From positions 467,809-531,808 of the forward strand of contig CAVXUF010000002.1 of assembly GCA_963764975.1 (NCBI GenBank): a DNA stretch of 64,000 nt, given 5' to 3'. Numbering within the stretch: position 1 is the stretch's first letter; each line of letters opens with the position of its first letter. Positions 59,428-64,000 of this stretch are shown here, piece after piece. Below the pieces are notes generated by a model, which was given only the letters and a program-made list of their open reading frames with translations, was not told where the DNA came from and ran no database searches. The translations under genes were made by a program, and so were the position numbers. The stretch is from an uncultured Chloroflexia bacterium (lineage in GTDB: Bacteria > Chloroflexota > Limnocylindria > Limnocylindrales > CSP1-4).

Positions 59428-62400
59428 GTGTTTTCCCTTCTCCCGGATGCCGACGACCTGAACCTCTGGGCCCAGTCCCTCGCCGCGGAGTCCGAGCTGG
59501 GACGTCTCGTCCAGAAGCTCATCCTTCAGACGGCGAGCCCGACCGGGCTACGTGTCCCGGTGGGCAAGGCCGGTAACACGCCGGGTTGGGACGGCGTTGT
59601 CAACGTGGCCGAGGGCAACTTCCGCGTGCCGACGGGCCAGTCGTTCTGGGAGTGGGGCGCAGGACCCGCTGCCGACAAGGCCCAGCGCGACTACAAGAAG
59701 CGGTTCGACGGGACAGACGAAGCTGTCCGCCAGGCATCGACGTTCGTGTTCGTGACGCCGCGCCACTGGGACTACGCCGTCTGGCTGGAGGAGAAGCGCG
59801 CCTCCGGCGACTGGGCGGGAGTCGAGGTCTGGAATGCGAGCGACCTCGAGAGTTGGCTCGAGAAAGCCCCGGTCGCCCGCCTGTGGCTCGCCGAAGTCAT
59901 GAACAAGGCCGGCCTGGGCGAGGCTCAAACCCTGGAAGCGTGGTGGGACGATTGGTGCGGCACCTACTGGCGTTTCACTGGAACGACGCATCTCGCCCTC
60001 GGAGGTCGAGAAGAGCAGGCCGCGATTGTCAGGGGTTGGGTCGAGATTCCCGCCGACTACCACGCGATCCAGGCGAACGCGACCGACGAGGGCATCGCGT
60101 TCGTCTCGGCCGCCCTCCTCAGCAGCGACGCGCACGAGTCGGCGGTCCAGCGCGCCGTGGTCGTGCACGGGCCCGGCGCCTGGAATGAGCTAGCGGCGAT
60201 CGAGGATCCGCCCATGATCCTGATGCCGACATTTCTGGGTCCGGCGCATACGAAAGCCCTTCGTCGCGGCCACACGGTCATCGAACCGGTCGTTCCGGAC
60301 CAACCCGGCCCAGTTCACCTCGAGCTTCCGGGGGCGGTCGATGCCGACCTCATGGTCGCCCTCGACGAGATGGGCGTCGAGTTCTCCCGCGCTGAGGCCG
60401 CCGTTCGAGCCGCCGGCGGTCGTCTCGGGGCGGTGAGAAGGCGGATTTCGGACGCGCCGTCTGTCGCGGACTGGGCTAATGCTGAACAGGCGCGCTTCCT
60501 CGTCCCAGCGCTTTTTGCCGGACGTTGGGACGAAGACGCGCCGGAGGACCAACTCGTGCTAGCGCGGCTCGCGGACATACCGTATGCCGAGCTGCGGGCC
60601 GGCTTGCTGCGGCTGACGCGCATGGGCGAAGCCCCGGTTCGGCTCACGAACACGAAGTGGTCGGTGCGGGCACCGCTGGACGCCTGGAGTCAGATCGTCC
60701 ACCTGGTCCATCACGATCAATGGACGGCGTTCATCGACGTGGCCGGGGACGTGCTCGGCGCGCGAGATCCAGCGCTAGATCTGCCCCCCGATGAACGCTG
60801 GCTCGCGCTCGTGAAGGGCAAGCGGCGACCTCATTCGGACGAGCTTCGCCGCGCCGTCGCCCAGAACCTCGCGATCATCGGCTCGCAGCCCGAGTTCGGG
60901 GCACTGCCGCGCGGGCGAAGCGGAGCGGAGGTGGCATCGGTCGTGGTCGGTCGACTTCTCCGCGACGCGAACGGGGACCCATCAGGCGAAAAGTGGTCGA
61001 CTCTCGAGGATGAACTCCCGTGGCTCGCTGAGGCTGCCCCGACCACCTTCCTCGACGGTGTTTCGAGCGGGCTCGAGGGTCAGACGCCTGTCCTTGGTGA
61101 GCTGTTCGTCGAGGAACGCTCGATGATCACCTCGAGGACCCACCTGCCCGGCCTCCTGTGGGCACTCGAGCGGCTTGCTTGGGCGCCCGACTACCTGTCG
61201 GACGTTGCCGTCATCCTGACGCGGCTGGCGTCACTCGACCCTGGGATCAAATCGGGCAACAACCCCTCGAGCTCCCTTGCTGAGATCTTCAAGCCGTGGC
61301 ATCCGCAAACGAGCGCCGACACTGACCGGAAACTCGCGGCCCTCGACGCGGCTCGACAAGCAGACTTGGCGACTGCCTGGCGGGTGATGCGCACCCTGCT
61401 ACCGACAAACCGCGGGATCGCGATGCCCACCTCGCGGCCCGACTGGAGGACCTGGGCTCCCCCTAGCGACATCACCGTGACGCGGGGCGAGTACTGGGCG
61501 ATGGTAGGGGCGATCTTGAGCCGATTGCTCGCCGATGCCGATGCCGATCCCTCGCGCTGGGACAGCCTCATCGAGGCGTTCGATGACCTGAGCGAGGAAC
61601 TCGGGGATCAGATCCTCACCGGCCTTCAGGGCCTCGACCTCGAACGCTTGACGCCAGAGGGCAGCCGCACTCTCAGCACGCGCATCCGCGAGGTCGTGGC
61701 TCATCACAGGACCTATGCCACGGCCGACTGGGCTCTGGGGGCCGAACGAGTTACGAAGCTGGAAGCAGCCGGGGCCCGGTTCATGCCGACCGATCCTGTG
61801 GTCGAACACGCCTGGTTGTTCGAGTGGCACCCGAGTATGGAGCGGGTCAGCGGTCAGAACTACAAGGACTACGAGACCCTCCTGGCCGAGCAACGGGTCG
61901 AGGCCGTGAAGGCGGTATTCGACCGGAAGGGATGGGAAGGCATCGAGGAGCTCGTGGCCGTTGCGACGAACCCATACACGGTCGGCTTAGCGATCGCGAA
62001 CATCGAGGACGAGACGGTGGAGCCCGCAGTGCTGGAGTGGGGCTCGGCGGAACCGCCACGCCTCGAAGCCCTTCAGGGCTACTTCTTCGCGCGAAGTCGC
62101 GCCCTCGGTTCAATGTGGGCGGAGGACCAGGTGCGATCTCATGGTGAGTCGTGGGGCCCAGAACGCGTGGGACGAATCTTGCTGGCGGCATCGGAACAAG
62201 CGAAAGCATGGACGCTCGCCGCTGAGCTCGGCCCCGAGGTGGAGGCGAGCCTCTGGGACAACTTCCGTGGATTCGCTCGAGGAGATGACGTGTGGATGGC
62301 CGCGAGGAAGCTCATCGAACGCGACCGGCCGTTCACCGCGGTCCGTGTGATCGGAACACCCGCGAGCCTCAAAGCCGAGTCCTTCGACCCTGACTTGGCC

Positions 62401-63177
62401 TACCTCGTCCTCGACGCGGCGGCGCAAGCAAAGTCGCCGCCGCTGCCTGAGGAGGCATCCCTCCTCGACTACAACATCGCACAGATCTTGGCAGCTCTAG
62501 ACGCGGCCGGCTTCGACGAAGCCAAGCTCGCAAGCCTCGAATGGGTGTTCGTTCGGATCCTCGAGCGTCAACCTGAGGGGCTCAAGCACCTCTACCGGCG
62601 GTTGGCCCGCGATCCAGCGTTCTTCAGCGAGTTGATCATGCTGATCTTCCGAGCGCAAACCGACGAAGCGCCGGCTGATCCCGACCCCGAGCTCGTCCGC
62701 TACGCCGAGCACGCGCTCAACCTCTTGTGGCACTGGAAAGGCCCCATCCCGGGCGCGACGACAGACAACGATGTCGATGCCGCGAGCCTGGCTGAGTGGG
62801 TCACGGCCGTTCGGACAAAGCTCGCGGCCGAAGGCCGAAAGGAGATTGGCGACCAGCGGATCGGCCACATCCTCTGGTATGCCCCCGTGGGTTCGGATGG
62901 CGTTCATCCCCATGAGGCCGTTCGCGAGGTGATCGAGCGTGAGGCGAGCAGCGATATCGATACCGGTTTTCAGATCGAGGCCGTGAACAGTCGCGGCGCT
63001 GTCTTCCGGGGCAAGGGCGGCGACCAGGAGCGCGAAATCGCGGCACAGTTTCGGATGCGGTCCGAAGCCCTTGCGGCATCATCGCCTCGAACGTCGCGGA
63101 TATTCGCGAACCTCGCCGAGAGATACGAGGCAGAAGCCCGCCGCGAGGACGAGCGCGACGAGGACCAAGACGACTGA
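59428..63177 (+). CDS. large protein with N-terminal restriction-endonuclease-like fold, degenerate NTPase-like middle and long helical C-terminus (putative defence)
   Basis: PGWDG...P.GQSFWEWG...KAQRDYKKR...TFVFVTPR; 1250-aa ORF; GTG 7 nt after CATACT. Confidence 0.7.
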   Translation: MFSLLPDADDLNLWAQSLAAESELGRLVQKLILQTASPTGLRVPVGKAGNTPGWDGVVNVAEGNFRVPTGQSFWEWGAGPAADKAQRDYKKRFDGTDEAVRQASTFVFVTPRHWDYAVWLEEKRASGDWAGVEVWNASDLESWLEKAPVARLWLAEVMNKAGLGEAQTLEAWWDDWCGTYWRFTGTTHLALGGREEQAAIVRGWVEIPADYHAIQANATDEGIAFVSAALLSSDAHESAVQRAVVVHGPGAWNELAAIEDPPMILMPTFLGPAHTKALRRGHTVIEPVVPDQPGPVHLELPGAVDADLMVALDEMGVEFSRAEAAVRAAGGRLGAVRRRISDAPSVADWANAEQARFLVPALFAGRWDEDAPEDQLVLARLADIPYAELRAGLLRLTRMGEAPVRLTNTKWSVRAPLDAWSQIVHLVHHDQWTAFIDVAGDVLGARDPALDLPPDERWLALVKGKRRPHSDELRRAVAQNLAIIGSQPEFGALPRGRSGAEVASVVVGRLLRDANGDPSGEKWSTLEDELPWLAEAAPTTFLDGVSSGLEGQTPVLGELFVEERSMITSRTHLPGLLWALERLAWAPDYLSDVAVILTRLASLDPGIKSGNNPSSSLAEIFKPWHPQTSADTDRKLAALDAARQADLATAWRVMRTLLPTNRGIAMPTSRPDWRTWAPPSDITVTRGEYWAMVGAILSRLLADADADPSRWDSLIEAFDDLSEELGDQILTGLQGLDLERLTPEGSRTLSTRIREVVAHHRTYATADWALGAERVTKLEAAGARFMPTDPVVEHAWLFEWHPSMERVSGQNYKDYETLLAEQRVEAVKAVFDRKGWEGIEELVAVATNPYTVGLAIANIEDETVEPAVLEWGSAEPPRLEALQGYFFARSRALGSMWAEDQVRSHGESWGPERVGRILLAASEQAKAWTLAAELGPEVEASLWDNFRGFARGDDVWMAARKLIERDRPFTAVRVIGTPASLKAESFDPDLAYLVLDAAAQAKSPPLPEEASLLDYNIAQILAALDAAGFDEAKLASLEWVFVRILERQPEGLKHLYRRLARDPAFFSELIMLIFRAQTDEAPADPDPELVRYAEHALNLLWHWKGPIPGATTDNDVDAASLAEWVTAVRTKLAAEGRKEIGDQRIGHILWYAPVGSDGVHPHEAVREVIEREASSDIDTGFQIEAVNSRGAVFRGKGGDQEREIAAQFRMRSEALAASSPRTSRIFANLAERYEAEARREDERDEDQDD

Positions 63178-63207
63178 TTGGCAGCTCCCGGCTCAGTGTT
63201 CTCGATT

Positions 63208-63534
63208 TCACTCGGGCAGCGTCGTCACCGCACCCGCGAACTCGCCGAGCCAGAAGCCGTACGGTCGAGACATCTCCTCGAATTTCGTCACTTCGGCCCG
63301 GAGCTCCTCGTACGTCAGGCCATCGACACGGTAGACCTCCTCGTCCGAAGGGCGTACGAGAAAGAGGAACCGATGGCTGGCATCAGCGCAAACGATGTCG
63401 AGCATCCGTACCTCGCCGATGCCGCTGCGGCCGATCCAAGTCTGGTTGATCCACTCGCCTGGCCCCAGCGACTCACCGAACCACGCAATCGCAACGCCGG
63501 CTTGAACGTCATCCTGAGGCGTATCTGCGATCAC
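63208..63534 (-). CDS. hypothetical protein
   Basis: 108-aa acidic coding-like ORF. Confidence 0.45.
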   Translation of the reverse strand: MIADTPQDDVQAGVAIAWFGESLGPGEWINQTWIGRSGIGEVRMLDIVCADASHRFLFLVRPSDEEVYRVDGLTYEELRAEVTKFEEMSRPYGFWLGEFAGAVTTLPE

Positions 63535-63744
63535 GGCGCACCCGACTTCAGATTGCTACCAATTCGAACGGTCTTTGGGTCCGCCCGACCACGGTGCTGG
63601 AACCCGACATGCCAATGGTGATCGTGCAAGGGACGACGCGATATCGCCCATAGGTCCCCGGAGGGCTGCGGGAGACGCGTCGCGAGCGGGCGGCGGTTGC
63701 CACGACGCTGACCATCCCGCCAACTTCGCTGGGGCGGGTCTCAC

Positions 63745-64000
63745 TTACGCGTTGATCCGGAAGTAGGTCCGGCTTCCGATGTCCCTGCCCTCGACCTGGT
63801 ACCGGCCCGACCCCCAAGGCTCGGGGCGGTTCATGATCGTGTACCAGACGAGCTGCCCAAAGAACATGGCGGAGCGGTTGAAGTCGCTGCGGGCTGCCTT
63901 GGTGTAGATCGGCTCGAACGGCGTCCCGGTCCAGTCGCTCCCCGGAAGCCACCCTGCCGTTGCGATCTCGGCGCCGGACTCGTCGATGAGGTCGTTGATC
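63745..64000 (-). CDS. hypothetical protein, 5' end outside window
   Basis: Open frame read by hand: INDLIDES...AGWLPGSDWTGTPFEPIY...FFGQLVW...SRTYFRINA-stop (not in the ORF track). Confidence 0.6.
   Translation of the reverse strand, partial: INDLIDESGAEIATAGWLPGSDWTGTPFEPIYTKAARSDFNRSAMFFGQLVWYTIMNRPEPWGSGRYQVEGRDIGSRTYFRINA

Larger units (their letters stand above)
22300..64000. mobile_element. defence/genomic island (continues past the window end)
   Basis: Visibly more A/T and different codon style; recombinase remnant, Tn7-like core, many defence-type genes, no housekeeping genes. Confidence 0.7.

Overview
High-GC bacterial chromosome segment. The gene set and leaderless TANNNT-6/7nt-start promoters suggest Chloroflexota or a similar Terrabacteria lineage (inference). 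Three zones. (1) 1-~880: the right end of an element that interrupts a tRNA-Val(GAC) gene just after the anticodon loop, carrying a HIRAN gene. (2) ~1.1-22.3 kb: core and housekeeping genes (two RNA methyltransferases, amidohydrolase, MFS, DUF951, two DUF881, peptidase, OppA, cysS, NUDIX, ACC deaminase, GNAT, RibD-C, PQ-loop), plus a GT2 glycosyltransferase fused to a copy of the CysRS C-terminal tRNA-binding domain. (3) ~22.3-64 kb: a visibly less GC-rich defence/mobile island. It holds an EVE-nuclease, a serine recombinase remnant, a broken HNH gene, a HEPN-motif protein, a Tn7-like core (TnsA-TnsB fusion, TnsC with degenerate Walker motifs, TniQ), a soluble FtsH-like AAA-protease, a NERD-UvrD helicase, a Swt1/HEPN-NACHT protein, a TerY-P triad (vWA, PP2C, kinase) and a 1.25k-aa nuclease-fold protein. 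The most notable candidate system is at 43.6-58.5 kb: the TerY-P triad, a membrane-anchor-less FtsK ATPase with three WXG100-like genes, and four proteins that share one ~100-aa N-terminal domain but have unrelated C-termini. No CRISPR array, cas gene or rRNA was seen. All calls come from motif recognition by eye; no database searches were run.
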